DNA of 64,000 nucleotides from an uncultured Chloroflexia bacterium (GCA_963752475.1 CAVVYR010000006.1:224001-288000), one strand, 5' to 3'; positions 33,390-44,698 are shown, counted from the first letter of the stretch. Notes: generated by a model from the sequence alone, not told the origin. Numbers and translations: made by a program.

Positions 33390-34535
33390 ATGACCGAGGG
33401 TATCGGCGCAGCCCGCCACGCCGAACGCCTGCTGCGGGCCCGCGCCGCCGTGACGGAGGCGGCCGCATCCGCCCTGCTCGTGGGAGTCGGGCCGGAGCTC
33501 GAGTGGCTCACCGGCTACGCCGCCCATGGCGGAGAGCGACTGAACCTGCTGGTCGTCCCGGCGCAGGGGGATTTGGTTTACGTCAGCCCGCGGCTGGAGG
33601 CGCCGGCCGCGCGGGCGGCCCCGGGCCTGGCTGACGGACGCGTGCGCATCGAGACCTGGGACGAGACCGACGATCCGTACCTGCTGGTGCCCGGGCTGGT
33701 CCCGCCCCGCGATCCGCTGCGCTTCCTCGTCTCGGATGGCCTCCGGGCCCAGTTCGTGCTGGGGCTGCAGGCGGTGCTGCCGGGGGCCGGTTGGGGGCTG
33801 GCCTCGTCGGTGCTGGCGCCGCTTCGGCGGGTCAAGGACGCGGAGGAGATCGAGCTCCTGCGTGCCGCCGCCCACGCTGCCGACCGTGCCATCGAGCGGG
33901 TCATCCGCGGGCCACTGGTCGGGCGCACCGAGGCCGACGTGGCCAAGGACGTGCGTGACGCGCTCGTCGACGAGGGCCACGATACGGCCGAGTTCTGGAT
34001 CGTGGCCTCTGGGCCCAACAGCGCCTCACCGCACCACGAGCCCAGCGACCGCGTCATCCGGGGAGGGGAGCCACTGCTGCTCGACATCGGCGGTCGACGT
34101 GCCGGCTACAACTCGGACATCACGCGCACCGTCTGGGTCGCGGACGACGACGAACCGGGCCCCGACGACACCTTCCGCCGCATCTACGAGCTGACCGCGG
34201 CCGGCCAGGCCGCGGCTCGAGAGGCCGTTCGTCCCGGTGTCAGCTTCGATGCTCTCGATGCCGCCGCCCGCACGGTCATCACCGGTGGCGGCTACGGCGA
34301 CCGCTTCATCCACCGCCTGGGCCATGGCATCGGCCTCGAGGTGCACGAGGAGCCCTACGTCGTCGAGGGCAACACCGAGATCGCCGTGGCCGGCAACACC
34401 TTCAGCTGTGAGCCGGGCATCTACCTGGAGGGTCGCTACGGCGTACGCATCGAGGACGCTGTGGTCTGCACCCTCGACGGTGGAGAGGCGCTCAACGAGG
34501 CCGCCCGCGAGCTGCTCATCGTCTCGGGTCGCTGA
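33390..34535 (+). CDS. Xaa-Pro peptidase (M24)
   Basis: SDITRT, HRLGHGIGLEVHEEP, EPGIY, RIED. Confidence 0.93.
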   Translation: MTEGIGAARHAERLLRARAAVTEAAASALLVGVGPELEWLTGYAAHGGERLNLLVVPAQGDLVYVSPRLEAPAARAAPGLADGRVRIETWDETDDPYLLVPGLVPPRDPLRFLVSDGLRAQFVLGLQAVLPGAGWGLASSVLAPLRRVKDAEEIELLRAAAHAADRAIERVIRGPLVGRTEADVAKDVRDALVDEGHDTAEFWIVASGPNSASPHHEPSDRVIRGGEPLLLDIGGRRAGYNSDITRTVWVADDDEPGPDDTFRRIYELTAAGQAAAREAVRPGVSFDALDAAARTVITGGGYGDRFIHRLGHGIGLEVHEEPYVVEGNTEIAVAGNTFSCEPGIYLEGRYGVRIEDAVVCTLDGGEALNEAARELLIVSGR

Positions 34536-34679
34536 CCGGGTTCACCCGTCTCCGGGTGTATCATCCGCCGACCGGCCGCCACCCCCGGCGACCGCTCTGA
34601 ACCTGATATCACAGACGGTGCCGGAATGGCACCGATCGCCAGCCGCAGGGACCGGTCAGGCGATGGAAAGACCCGCACC

Positions 34680-35000
34680 ATGGCTGACAAGAACGGCAGC
34701 CGCAACAACGGCTCCAACCAGGGCCAGGGCTGTACCCAGGCACAGCTCAGGCGCTTCATCAAGTCGCGCGCGTACATCCCCATGCACGAACTGCGCCGGC
34801 GCTTCGCCATCAACGGCGAGGCCGATGACGTGCGCGCGGTCGAGACCCGGGATGGTCGCTACTTCGCCGGGCTGCCGGACAGGGAGTGCGGCTACCTTGC
34901 GGATCTCGTGGACAAGGGTGAGGTGGGCCTCGAGCTCTGTCACGATCCCTGCGTGGACATGATCATCGGCGTCTACGCTATCCGCCCCGTCGGTCGCTAG
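34680..35000 (+). CDS. Hypothetical 106-aa protein with four Cys
   Basis: GC-typical codons; ends 13 nt before copA. Confidence 0.7.
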   Translation: MADKNGSRNNGSNQGQGCTQAQLRRFIKSRAYIPMHELRRRFAINGEADDVRAVETRDGRYFAGLPDRECGYLADLVDKGEVGLELCHDPCVDMIIGVYAIRPVGR

Positions 35001-35013
35001 AGGAGCCTCGGAC

Positions 35014-37290
35014 GTGCCCGCGACGGCACCCGAGCCCATCGAGTTCTCGGTGGGCGTCGAAGGCATGACCTGTGCCTCCTGCGTCAACCGCGTGGAGCGC
35101 TTCCTCGTCAAGGCTGACGGTGTGGCGCGAGCCAGCGTCAACCTCGCCACCGAACGCGCGACCGTGGTCGTCGATCCGGCCGTGGCCGGGCGCGCCGAGA
35201 TCGAGGCCGCCATCGAGGCCGCCGGCTACGACGTGCGCCCGGAACGTGCTACCGAGACCGGCGCGCTGACCCTTGACGACGCCGATCCTGACGCTGACCT
35301 GCGCGCCCGCGAGCTGCGCGAGCTGGGGATCAGAGCTGTCGTTTCGATCGTGGTCTCACTGCTGATCATGGTCCTGATGCTGCGCCCGGAGATCCTGGGC
35401 CTGCCCATGTCGCAGCTGAACTGGCTGCTCCTGGTCCCGGCCACGTTCGTGCAGTTCTGGGCCGGCGGCGTGTTCATGCGCGCTGCCCTGCGCCAGGCAC
35501 GCCACAGGACGGTCTCGATGGACACGCTGGTGGCCCTTGGCACCATCGCGGCCTGGGGCTACAGCACGGTCGTGACCCTGGCCCCGTCGCTGGTGATCGA
35601 GGCGGGCATCGAGCCCGCGACCTACTTCGACTCCTCGACCATGATCATCGGTCTGATCCTCGCCGGTCGCTGGATGGAGGCGCGGGCCAAGGCCCGCGCC
35701 GGCGGGGCCGTGGCGGCCCTCGTCGGCCTCGGTGCCGACACCGCCCGGCGTATCAGCGGAGAGACCGAGACCGACGTGCCCATCGAAGACATCGTTCCCG
35801 GCGACCTCGTGCGGGTCAGGGCCGGCGAGAAGGTGCCGGTCGATGGCGTAGTCGTGAGCGGCAGCTCAAGCGTGGACGAATCGATGCTCACCGGCGAGCC
35901 GCTACCCGCCCTGCGCGAGGCCGGCGATGCGGTCATCGGCGCCACCATCAACGGCCACGGCGCACTCGTGGTGCGAGCGACGCACGTGGGGCGCGACGCG
36001 GTCCTGGGCCAGATCGTGCGCATGGTGCGTGACGCACAAGGGACCAAGGCGCCCATCCAGCGCGTGGCCGACCGCGTCATCGACTGGTTCGTGCCGCTGG
36101 TCATCGCCCTCGCGGCCCTGACCTTCGTGGCCTGGTGGGTGCTCGGGCCGGAGCCACGACTGACCCAAGCCCTCGTCTCGGCCATCAGCGTGCTCATCAT
36201 CGCCTGCCCCTGTGCCATGGGTCTGGCCACGCCTACCGCGGTCATGGTCGGGACCGGTCGAGCGGCCGATGCCGGCGTGCTCATCCGTGGCGGAGAGGCG
36301 CTCGAGGCCGCCGGCGATGTCGAGGTCGTGGTCTTCGACAAGACCGGTACGCTCACCGCCGGCCGCCCCAGCGTGGGCGCGGTGCGAGTCGCCGCGGGAC
36401 AGGATCCCGATCGGGTCCTGGCCCTGGCCGCCTCCGCCGAACGTGGCTCCGAGCACCCGTTGGCCCTGGCCATCGTGGCCGAGGCCGAGCGACAGGGCCT
36501 GACGGTGGCCGAGGCCGAGGCCTTCGACACGGTCACGGGCCGCGGCATCCGGGCCACCGTCGAGGGACACGAGCTGCTCGTGGGCAATGCTGCTTTCCTG
36601 CAGAAGGCCGGGGTGGGCGAATCCGACAGCCTGGCTGCGGTCGGCGATGCCCCCATGACCACCGTCTTCGTGGCCGTCGACGGCGCTATCGCGGGCGCGC
36701 TGGACATCACGGACCAGATCAAGGCCGGCGCCGTCGAGGTGGTCGCGGAACTGCGCGCCAACGGCATCGAGGTCCATCTGCTCAGTGGCGACACCGAGCG
36801 GGCTGCCCGGTCCGTGGCCGCAGCCGTCGGCATCGAGCACGTCACGTCCGAGGTGCTGCCGGGCGACAAGGCCGCGCACATCGAGCGGCTGCAGGCCGGC
36901 GGCAGGAGCGTGGCCATGGTCGGTGATGGCATCAACGACGCACCGGCTCTGGCCCAGGCAGATGTCGGCATCGCCATCGGCACTGGCACCGATGTGGCCC
37001 TCGAGGCCAGCGACATCACCCTCGTCGGTGGCGACCCGCGTCTCGTCGGCAGCGCCATCCGCACCTCTCGCGGCACCCTCCGGGTCATCCGTCAGAACCT
37101 GGGCTGGGCCTTCGGCTACAACGTCATCCTCATCCCCGTGGCCATGGGCCTGCTCTATCCGTTCTTCGGACTGCGGCTCGATCCCATCCTCGCGGCCGCG
37201 GCCATGGCCTTCAGCTCGGTCAGTGTCGTGCTCAACTCGCTACGCCTTCGGCGCCTGGACGTGACCGCGGAAAGCGCCGATCCTTGGTAG
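35014..37290 (+). CDS. copA: Cu(I)-type P1B ATPase
   Basis: [28 protein letters not shown] and MAFSS motifs. Confidence 0.95.
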   Translation: MPATAPEPIEFSVGVEGMTCASCVNRVERFLVKADGVARASVNLATERATVVVDPAVAGRAEIEAAIEAAGYDVRPERATETGALTLDDADPDADLRARELRELGIRAVVSIVVSLLIMVLMLRPEILGLPMSQLNWLLLVPATFVQFWAGGVFMRAALRQARHRTVSMDTLVALGTIAAWGYSTVVTLAPSLVIEAGIEPATYFDSSTMIIGLILAGRWMEARAKARAGGAVAALVGLGADTARRISGETETDVPIEDIVPGDLVRVRAGEKVPVDGVVVSGSSSVDESMLTGEPLPALREAGDAVIGATINGHGALVVRATHVGRDAVLGQIVRMVRDAQGTKAPIQRVADRVIDWFVPLVIALAALTFVAWWVLGPEPRLTQALVSAISVLIIACPCAMGLATPTAVMVGTGRAADAGVLIRGGEALEAAGDVEVVVFDKTGTLTAGRPSVGAVRVAAGQDPDRVLALAASAERGSEHPLALAIVAEAERQGLTVAEAEAFDTVTGRGIRATVEGHELLVGNAAFLQKAGVGESDSLAAVGDAPMTTVFVAVDGAIAGALDITDQIKAGAVEVVAELRANGIEVHLLSGDTERAARSVAAAVGIEHVTSEVLPGDKAAHIERLQAGGRSVAMVGDGINDAPALAQADVGIAIGTGTDVALEASDITLVGGDPRLVGSAIRTSRGTLRVIRQNLGWAFGYNVILIPVAMGLLYPFFGLRLDPILAAAAMAFSSVSVVLNSLRLRRLDVTAESADPW

Positions 37291-37291
37291 G

Positions 37292-38950
37292 GTGCGGCCA
37301 GTGCTGAATGCGTCGCGGGCCGTGGTCCTGCTCCTCCTGCTCGTGCCCTTCGTCGTCGGTGGCTGCATCACCGTCGAGAACGACCTGTTGGCGACGCCAA
37401 CTCCGACGCCCGCGGCCCAGACGACAGCGCAAGGATCGCCCACGCCCGCGCCCGTCATCACGCCCACGCCGTTGCCCACGCCCGCACCCACGCCCGAGCC
37501 GGTCGAGGCCGAGGTCCTCACCTTCGTGCCCTACTGGCTGCTCGAGGACGCCGCCGAGGATCTCGACCCGTCGCTCGTGACCATCGCCGCCTTCCACAGC
37601 GTGGAGGCCTCGCAGGACGGCCGGCTCGTGAGCAAGAAGGCCAACGGTGATGTGCCCGGCGGGTGGACCGCGCTGCGCAGCGATGCCTTCGCCGACCTCA
37701 AGAAGGAACTGCAGCGCGAGGGTGTGAAGGTCGTACCGGTGGTGCAGCGAACGGCCTGGACGGACGGCGCCAGACAACGCTCCATCAACCTGCTGACCAA
37801 GAAGAAGAACCGCACCGCGCTCGTCAAGCGCATCGTCGAGTTCATCGGGGCCCGTGGCTTCGACGGCGTCAACCTCGATTTCGAACCGATCCCGGCCCGT
37901 GCCGCGGACGCCTACGTGACCTTCGTGCGCGAGCTGCGCGCGGCATTCGATGAGGTCGATCCCGAGTTGCACCTCAGCTTGGACGTCGTGCCCGGCCTGG
38001 AGAACTACGACCTCGCGGCCCTGACCGCCGATGACGCCGCCGACCTGGCCGTGATCATGGGCTATGGCTTCACCACCCGGAACTCGGCCGTGGCCGGTTC
38101 CACGGCACCGCTCAGCGGAGGTGCCATCGGCGACCTCTCGACCTCGGTGACCGCGGCGCTCGAGCAGACCGGCGACGGCGAGCGCCTCATGCTGGCGCTG
38201 CCCTGGTATGGCTACTCGTGGGCCACCCAGAGCGACGCACCCGGATCGAGGGTGCGCAGCGGCGAGGACGTGGGCAGCCCGGCCACCGCCGACTACGCCG
38301 GGGCGGTGGAGGGCGCGGCCAAGGGGGGCCGACGCTACGACGAGGAGCAGGCTTCGGCCTGGACGACCTACGCGGCCAAGGACTGCACTCGCTGCCCGGC
38401 GACCTGGCGACAGATCTGGTACGACGATCCGGACAGCTTCGCGACCAAGATCGGCTTCGCCATCGAGCAGGATCTTGCCGGGATCGGTGTCTGGGCGCCC
38501 GGCATGGATGGGGAGCACGAAGAGATGTGGTGGTCACTGCGCAACCAACTGCATCCGCTCGTCGACGACACGCCGCCGGCCGGTTCGCCGGCCTTCGACC
38601 CCGAGACCGTCCAGCAGGGTGACATCGACGGCCTTGACGTCATCCGTGGCAGCGCCTCACTGCGGCTGTTCGCGGCAGATGAGCCAGACGGCAGTGGTCT
38701 CGGCTTCGTCCGCATCGGGCTCGTCGGCGAGCTCGACGATGACGGCGCGCTCGTCACCGGCCGAACCTACCCCGCGGTCGATCGCATCGAGTTCCCGCTG
38801 GGGGATCAGGAGACCGGCGGCTCGGCCGAGGAAGGCCCGCGCTCGATCCACGTGCAGTGGCGCGACTTGGCAGGGAACTGGTCCACGCCCGTCGTGCTCG
38901 AGGCCCACGTCATCAAGCCCCTGACGACGGCCACCCCCGCCGACCTCTAG
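37292..38950 (+). CDS. GH18-family lipoprotein
   Basis: Lipobox-like VGGC, Pro/Thr linker, FDGVNLDFE, IMGYG, WYDD, GIGVW. Confidence 0.82.
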   Translation: MRPVLNASRAVVLLLLLVPFVVGGCITVENDLLATPTPTPAAQTTAQGSPTPAPVITPTPLPTPAPTPEPVEAEVLTFVPYWLLEDAAEDLDPSLVTIAAFHSVEASQDGRLVSKKANGDVPGGWTALRSDAFADLKKELQREGVKVVPVVQRTAWTDGARQRSINLLTKKKNRTALVKRIVEFIGARGFDGVNLDFEPIPARAADAYVTFVRELRAAFDEVDPELHLSLDVVPGLENYDLAALTADDAADLAVIMGYGFTTRNSAVAGSTAPLSGGAIGDLSTSVTAALEQTGDGERLMLALPWYGYSWATQSDAPGSRVRSGEDVGSPATADYAGAVEGAAKGGRRYDEEQASAWTTYAAKDCTRCPATWRQIWYDDPDSFATKIGFAIEQDLAGIGVWAPGMDGEHEEMWWSLRNQLHPLVDDTPPAGSPAFDPETVQQGDIDGLDVIRGSASLRLFAADEPDGSGLGFVRIGLVGELDDDGALVTGRTYPAVDRIEFPLGDQETGGSAEEGPRSIHVQWRDLAGNWSTPVVLEAHVIKPLTTATPADL

Positions 38951-38966
38951 TCGCGCGAGAACAGAC

Positions 38967-39761
38967 CTAGGCCGCCTCGCCCTCCTTCACCCGCAGCACG
39001 ATGAAGTGAGAGAGCCCGAACAGGTGCAGCGGCGTCTGCTCGGCGAAGTAGAGCGCGCGTCGCAGGAGCCCACCCAGTCGGGCGTGCCGGGCGCTGATGT
39101 TGTCGAAGCCGGGGTAGATGACCCGGTGGTGTACCAGGCGCACCGGCTGGCCCAGGAATAGTCGCTCGATGCCCTTCAAGGTGTAGGCCCGCACATGCGG
39201 TGCGAAGCGGTCGCGCAGTGGGTCGGGCAACCAGTTGATGAGCGGGATGTTGCCGAAGACGTAGCGTCCGCCGAAGTAGGCGCCGTGCGTCTCGAAGGGG
39301 TAGAGCCGGTTGGGCGCGAAGGCCACGATGATCCCGCCGGGCTTGGTCACGCGCACCATCTCCGCCGCCGTCCGGCGATCGTCGGCGACATGCTCGATGA
39401 CCTCGTTGCTGAAGACGAGGTCGAAGTGGTCGTCGGGGTAGGGCAGGTCCTCGCCGAAGGCGTGGACGATGTTGGGCAGTTCCTCGCTGGCCTCGGCCAC
39501 CCGCTCCGGCTCGACCTCGATGCCGTGGACGTCATCGGTGTACCGGCGGAAGCGGCGCACGTAGGTACCGATGCCGCAGCCCACGTCGAGCACCCGTGCA
39601 CCTTCGAGGTCGACGAAGTCACGCACCATCTCCAGGCGGCGGTCCTGACCGTAGCGCCAGGAGTAGCTCGGTCGCCCGCGCTCGATCGCGGTGGCCGAGG
39701 TCTGCTCGGGCTCGTCGGCAGGGGCCGCAGGCGCGGAGGGCAGGGGGGACTCGGTCGGCAT
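38967..39761 (-). CDS. Class I SAM-dependent methyltransferase
   Basis: VLDVGCGIG, FDLVFSNEVIEH, VTKPGG. Confidence 0.9.
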   Translation of the reverse strand: MPTESPLPSAPAAPADEPEQTSATAIERGRPSYSWRYGQDRRLEMVRDFVDLEGARVLDVGCGIGTYVRRFRRYTDDVHGIEVEPERVAEASEELPNIVHAFGEDLPYPDDHFDLVFSNEVIEHVADDRRTAAEMVRVTKPGGIIVAFAPNRLYPFETHGAYFGGRYVFGNIPLINWLPDPLRDRFAPHVRAYTLKGIERLFLGQPVRLVHHRVIYPGFDNISARHARLGGLLRRALYFAEQTPLHLFGLSHFIVLRVKEGEAA

Positions 39762-39830
39762 CTGCCCCACGGTACGGCACCTACGCGACCTCTGCCGACA
39801 GGTCCGGCTCCGCCCCGCTAGCATCGAGCC

Positions 39831-40313
39831 ATGGTCCGTTCCCGACCCGTCGGCGGCGACTTCCGGTATCGCCATCCCATCGAGATCCGCTACAACGACA
39901 CCGATGCCTTGGGCCACGTCAACAACGCGGTCTACTTCTCGTACTTCGAGATGGCGCGCAGTGGCTACTACCTCGAGGTCGTGGGCCATCCCTTCGGTAC
40001 CGGACCCGATGCGGACAGGCGCACGTTCGTCATCGCCGAGGCCCACATCGCCTACCGCGCCCCGGCGTTCTACGGCGAGCGGCTCTACTGCGCCACGAGG
40101 GTGGGTTGGGTCAGCCGCTCGGCCTTCAGCTTCGAGTATCTCCTCGAGCTGGAGGCGTCGGAACTGGGCCAGGCGCGCGTCGTGGCCGATGGCACGACCG
40201 TGCAGGTCTTCTACGACCTGGAGCGCGGTCGCCCGATGCGCACGCCGGCAGACCTGGTGGCATCGCTGGAGGCCTACGAGGGCCGCTCGTTCCCGTCACG
40301 CCCGAGCGACTGA
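39831..40313 (+). CDS. 4HBT/YbgC-family acyl-CoA thioesterase
   Basis: DTDALGHVNNAVYFSYFE. Confidence 0.92.
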   Translation: MVRSRPVGGDFRYRHPIEIRYNDTDALGHVNNAVYFSYFEMARSGYYLEVVGHPFGTGPDADRRTFVIAEAHIAYRAPAFYGERLYCATRVGWVSRSAFSFEYLLELEASELGQARVVADGTTVQVFYDLERGRPMRTPADLVASLEAYEGRSFPSRPSD

Positions 40314-40362
40314 CCCGTTGCCGAGGGAGCCCGTCGGGCCTCCCCGATAGGAGTGCGGGGCG

Positions 40363-41628
40363 CTACTCCTCGAAGCGCTTGAACACGGCCACCGCGTTCT
40401 GGCCGCCGAACCCGAAGCCGTTGACCATGGCCACGTCCACCTGTGCCTCGCGCGCCTGGTTGGGCACGTAGTCGAGGTCGCACTCGGGGTCGGGCGTGTG
40501 GTAGTTGATGGTGGGCGCGATGACGCCCTCACGGATGGCTCCGATGCCGATGGCGGCCGCCACCGCGCCGGCGCCACCGAGCAGGTGGCCGACCATCGAC
40601 TTGGGCGAGGACACGGCCAGCTTGTAGGCGTGATCGCCGAAGGCGCGCTTGATGGCCTTGGTCTCGGTCACGTCGTTCAGCGGCGTGCTCGTGCCGTGGG
40701 CCACGATGAAGTCGATCTCGTCGGCCGCGAGGTCCGCATCCTGGTAGGCCTTCGTCATGGCCCTGGCCGCACCCCGGCCGGTGGGCTCTGGGGCGGAGAT
40801 GTGGAAGGCATCCGCGGTCAGCGCCGCGCCCACGAGCTCAGCGTGGATGGTGGCGCCGCGCGCGAGCGCGTGTTCAGCGGTCTCGATGACCATGATCGCT
40901 CCACCCTCCCCGAAGAGGAAGCCGTCGCGCTCCTTGTCGAATGGCTTCGAGGCGCCCTGCGGGTCGTCGTTGTTCTTGGAGAGCGCGCCCATGTTGGAAA
41001 GGGCGGCGAAGCCCATCTTCAGCAAGGGAGCCTCGGTGCCTCCACCGACGACGACGTCGACCTCGCCACGCTCGATCATGCGCAGCGCGTCGAGGAAGGT
41101 GATGACCGAGCTGGCGCAGGCCGCGACCTGGGCCTGGACGGGACCGGTCAGCCCGTACTCCATCGAGAGCATGCAGGCGGCCATGGAACCCGAGAGCGCC
41201 GGGATGGCGAAGGGGCTGACGAAGCGCGGACCGCGAGTCTCGGTCGTGACGTGACCTTCGATGACCTCTTCGAGGCCGCCACCGCCGGTGTTGACGATGA
41301 CCGCCACTCGGTCGCGCTGTTCCGGCGTCCACTGGCTGAAGTCGAGCCCGGCGTCCGCCACGGCCTCCTTGCCTGCGGCCATGGCGAAGTGGATGAAGCG
41401 GCTCATCCGGCGCGCCATCTTGCGGTCCATGCCGGTCGAGGGGTCGAAGTCCTTGACCTCGGCCGCGATGCGCACGTCGAGGTCCGACGCATCGAACTGC
41501 GTGATGGGACCGCCACCGCTCTTTCCGGCCTTGGCGTTGGCCCAGAACGTGGGGTGGTCGTTGCCGATGGGCGTGACCGCGCCGAGCCCGGTGATGACGG
41601 CACGGCGACTGGGATCGATGGACGGCAC
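40363..41628 (-). CDS. fabF: Beta-ketoacyl-ACP synthase II
   Basis: AACAS, AHGTSTP, GHLLG, FGFGG (Cys-His-His triad). Confidence 0.92.
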   Translation of the reverse strand: MPSIDPSRRAVITGLGAVTPIGNDHPTFWANAKAGKSGGGPITQFDASDLDVRIAAEVKDFDPSTGMDRKMARRMSRFIHFAMAAGKEAVADAGLDFSQWTPEQRDRVAVIVNTGGGGLEEVIEGHVTTETRGPRFVSPFAIPALSGSMAACMLSMEYGLTGPVQAQVAACASSVITFLDALRMIERGEVDVVVGGGTEAPLLKMGFAALSNMGALSKNNDDPQGASKPFDKERDGFLFGEGGAIMVIETAEHALARGATIHAELVGAALTADAFHISAPEPTGRGAARAMTKAYQDADLAADEIDFIVAHGTSTPLNDVTETKAIKRAFGDHAYKLAVSSPKSMVGHLLGGAGAVAAAIGIGAIREGVIAPTINYHTPDPECDLDYVPNQAREAQVDVAMVNGFGFGGQNAVAVFKRFEE

Positions 41629-41707
41629 GGTGCGTTGGACTCCTGAACGGTTGCGGCTGAGAGGGATCGTAGCCGACGCCATCGTCGATCGCGCCGGCAT
41701 CCCGGGA

Positions 41708-42973
41708 TCAGTCGCCCGTGTAGTGCTTGAAGATGATGGCGCCGTTGTGGCCGCCCAGACCGATGTTGTCGCTCATGGCGTAGCGGACCGCCTGCTCACG
41801 GGAGTCACCAGCCACGACGTCGAGGTCGATCTCGGGATCGGGCTCGAGGTAGTTCTGCGTCGCGGGGATGACCTGGTGGTGCACCGAGAGGGCCGTGAAG
41901 ACGCCCTCGATGGCACCGGCCGCACCCATGAGATGGCCGGTCATCGACTTGGTGCCGCTGATGCCCACTTCCTGGTAGCGATCGGGGAAGACGGCCTTGA
42001 TGGCCTCGGCCTCGCGCAGGTCGCCGAGCGGGGTCGAGGTGCCATGCGGGTTGATCATGTCGATCTCATCGCGCGGCACGCCATGCCGCTCGATGGCCCA
42101 CTCCATGGCCCGACGGACGCCGTCGCCCTTGTCCACCGGCTGGATCAGGTCCCAGGCGTCGGCGGCGTTGCCATAGCCCACGACCTCGGCGTAGATCTTG
42201 GCCCCGCGCGCCTTCGCGTGCTCCAGGTCCTCGACCACCAGTGCGCCCGCGCCCTCGCCCAGCACGAAGCCGTCGCGGGTGCGGTCGAACGGGCGTGAGA
42301 TGTCGCCGAGCGGGCGGCCCTCACGGGGCGTGCCCATGCCGCGCATGTTGCTGAAGCCGACGTAGGCGACCTCATACAGCGGCGTCTCGGTGGAGCCACA
42401 GACGCCGGCGATGAAGTCGCCGCGCCGGATGGCCTCGGCGGCCTCGCCGATGTTGTGCGTGCCCGTCGAGCACGCAGTCACGATGGCCATATTGGGGCCC
42501 TTCGCGCCGAGCTCGATGGCGATCTGGCCCGAGGCGGTGTCGGGCAGCATGTTGGCGATGAAGAAGGGGCTGACGCCCTTGTTGCCCTTCTTGCCCAGGG
42601 TTTCGATGGCATCGGCCATGAGGCCGGGGCCACCGACGCCGGAGCCGAAGTAGACGCCGACCTCATCAGCGTTCTTCTCGTCGATCTCGAAGCCGGAGTC
42701 AGCCATGGCCTGCTTCGCGGCGGCTACGCCGAAGACGACGTTCTTGTCGGTGCGGCGGACGGCCTTGAAGTTCATCCACTCCTTGGGGTCGAAGTCGTTG
42801 ACCTCGCCAGCAGCGTGGCAGGGCGTGACCTCCGGGTCCCAGCGGGTGATGAGCTTGAGCCCGGAGACCCCGTTGACGAGGTTCTCCCAGGCGGTGACGA
42901 CGTTGGTACCGACGGGGCTGACGATGCCGAGGCCGGTGACCGCGACGCGGCGGTCGTAATCGGGACGACGCAT
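41708..42973 (-). CDS. fabF: Beta-ketoacyl-ACP synthase II paralog
   Basis: TACST, PHGTSTP, GHLMG (Cys-His-His triad). Confidence 0.9.
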   Translation of the reverse strand: MRRPDYDRRVAVTGLGIVSPVGTNVVTAWENLVNGVSGLKLITRWDPEVTPCHAAGEVNDFDPKEWMNFKAVRRTDKNVVFGVAAAKQAMADSGFEIDEKNADEVGVYFGSGVGGPGLMADAIETLGKKGNKGVSPFFIANMLPDTASGQIAIELGAKGPNMAIVTACSTGTHNIGEAAEAIRRGDFIAGVCGSTETPLYEVAYVGFSNMRGMGTPREGRPLGDISRPFDRTRDGFVLGEGAGALVVEDLEHAKARGAKIYAEVVGYGNAADAWDLIQPVDKGDGVRRAMEWAIERHGVPRDEIDMINPHGTSTPLGDLREAEAIKAVFPDRYQEVGISGTKSMTGHLMGAAGAIEGVFTALSVHHQVIPATQNYLEPDPEIDLDVVAGDSREQAVRYAMSDNIGLGGHNGAIIFKHYTGD

Positions 42974-42998
42974 GGGTTCTAGTGTCTCTCCTCTGAGG

Positions 42999-43937
42999 CT
43001 AGGCGGGCAGCTCGAGGCCGCTCGCGGTGGTGATGTCGTCGATGGCGACGGTGGTGGCGTCCCCGGCGATACGGCGGACGAGGCCGGTGAGGACCTTGCC
43101 CGGGCCGACCTCGACGAAGATCTCGGTGCCGGCGGCGACCATGGTCTCGACGGCGGTGATCCAGTCCACGCCACGGGTGAGGTGATCGATGAGCTCGTCG
43201 CGGCAGGCCTCGCCGTCGCTGAGCACGATGGCGTCAGCGTTGGCGAGGAGCGGGGCCGCGGGGGCCTTGAAGGTGACGTCGGCGAGGGCCTGACGCATGC
43301 CGTCGGCGGCGCCGGCCATGAGCGGGGAGTGGGCAGCGACGCTGACCGGCAGCATCAGCCCGCGGCGAGCGCCCAGGCCCTTGGCGGCGCCGGCCGCGGC
43401 CTCCACCGCGGCGCGCTCGCCGCTGATGACGATCTGGCCGGGTGAATTGCGGTTGGCCACGGTGATGATGCCCTCGGCCGCACCGATCGCGATGAGCTCG
43501 TCGCTCTTCTCCTCGGGCAGGCCGATGACCGCGGCCATGGCGCCGTCTCCGGCCGAGGCCTGCATCAGACGGCCGCGCTCGCGCACCAGGCGCACGGCGT
43601 CGGCCAATTCGATGACGCCGGCCGCGACCATAGCGCTGTACTGGCCCATGGAGTGGCCCGCGTGATAGCTGGGCGGACCGTACGCCGTGGTCGAGCCATC
43701 GAGCGTGGCTTCGAGGGCGCGTTGTGCCGCGATCGAAGCCGCCAGCAGCGCCGGCTGTGCGTTGACGGTCTGGTCGAGCTCCTCTGACGGGCCCTCCCAA
43801 GCCAGGTTGGAGATGGACTCCCCGAGGGCCTCGTCAGCCTCCTGCCAGACGGCCGCAGCCTCTGGCGAGACGTCGGCGAGGGCCTTGCCCATGCCGACCG
43901 ATTGAGAACCCTGTCCGGGATAGATGTAGGCAGGCAC
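42999..43937 (-). CDS. fabD: Malonyl-CoA:ACP transacylase
   Basis: PGQGSQ, GHSMG, AAHS, EVGPG. Confidence 0.94.
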   Translation of the reverse strand: MPAYIYPGQGSQSVGMGKALADVSPEAAAVWQEADEALGESISNLAWEGPSEELDQTVNAQPALLAASIAAQRALEATLDGSTTAYGPPSYHAGHSMGQYSAMVAAGVIELADAVRLVRERGRLMQASAGDGAMAAVIGLPEEKSDELIAIGAAEGIITVANRNSPGQIVISGERAAVEAAAGAAKGLGARRGLMLPVSVAAHSPLMAGAADGMRQALADVTFKAPAAPLLANADAIVLSDGEACRDELIDHLTRGVDWITAVETMVAAGTEIFVEVGPGKVLTGLVRRIAGDATTVAIDDITTASGLELPA

Positions 43938-44078
43938 CAGTCGATGCTCCCCTCGTATGTGCAAGGAATGCCGCGTCGCTCCCACGCGCAGCTCGGCGCG
44001 CTCACCCATGGGCACGCTCCTCGAACCGTAGCAGGACTGGGCCCACCACCCCACCGAATATATGCAACTATGCACAGG

Positions 44079-44597
44079 ATGGACGACCCGCTGCTTTCGC
44101 CCGTGATCAAGGCGGCTCGCGATGAGCTGCAGAACCCGCGCATCCTGTCCGATCGAATCGCCGTCGGTCGCGCGCTCTGGCGGGAACTCGTCATCGGCAT
44201 CGCCGAAGGCGTGGGCAAGCTCGACATCGGCTTCACCCAGCTGGCCGCGCTATACGCGGTGAGTGGACCGGAGATGCTGACGGTGGGCGACCTGGCCGAG
44301 CAGCTGGGTCGCTCTCCCTCGGCCACCAGCAGGCTCGTCGACGGTCTCGTGGAACGAGGCTACCTGGAGCGGACGGTCGAGGTAGCCGACCGACGCCAGC
44401 GCGTGCTGGGGCTGACCGATGAAGGTCAGGCAGTGGTCTCGTCGGTGGACCACGAACGGGCCGATCAGTTCCTGGCCGTCGTGCGACCGATGCCCATGGC
44501 CGAACGAGCGCTGGTGGCCATGGGCGTGGCCGCGCTGGCCAACCATGCGGTCACCCAGCGCGGTGGATTGCGTCGCGGCCGGAGCAGGCGAAGATGA
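44079..44597 (+). CDS. MarR-family regulator, divergent from fabD
   Basis: SRLVDGLVERGYLER..DRR..LT; TGCA-ACTA-TGCA palindrome just upstream. Confidence 0.88.
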   Translation: MDDPLLSPVIKAARDELQNPRILSDRIAVGRALWRELVIGIAEGVGKLDIGFTQLAALYAVSGPEMLTVGDLAEQLGRSPSATSRLVDGLVERGYLERTVEVADRRQRVLGLTDEGQAVVSSVDHERADQFLAVVRPMPMAERALVAMGVAALANHAVTQRGGLRRGRSRRR

Positions 44598-44698
44598 CCG
44601 CGCCCAGGCTCGGCTGCGTGTTCCACAGCGCCGTTGTACGCTGCCTCGCGAGAGGGATGAGATAGCGAATATCGAGACCGTGTAGGAGGGACACACGC

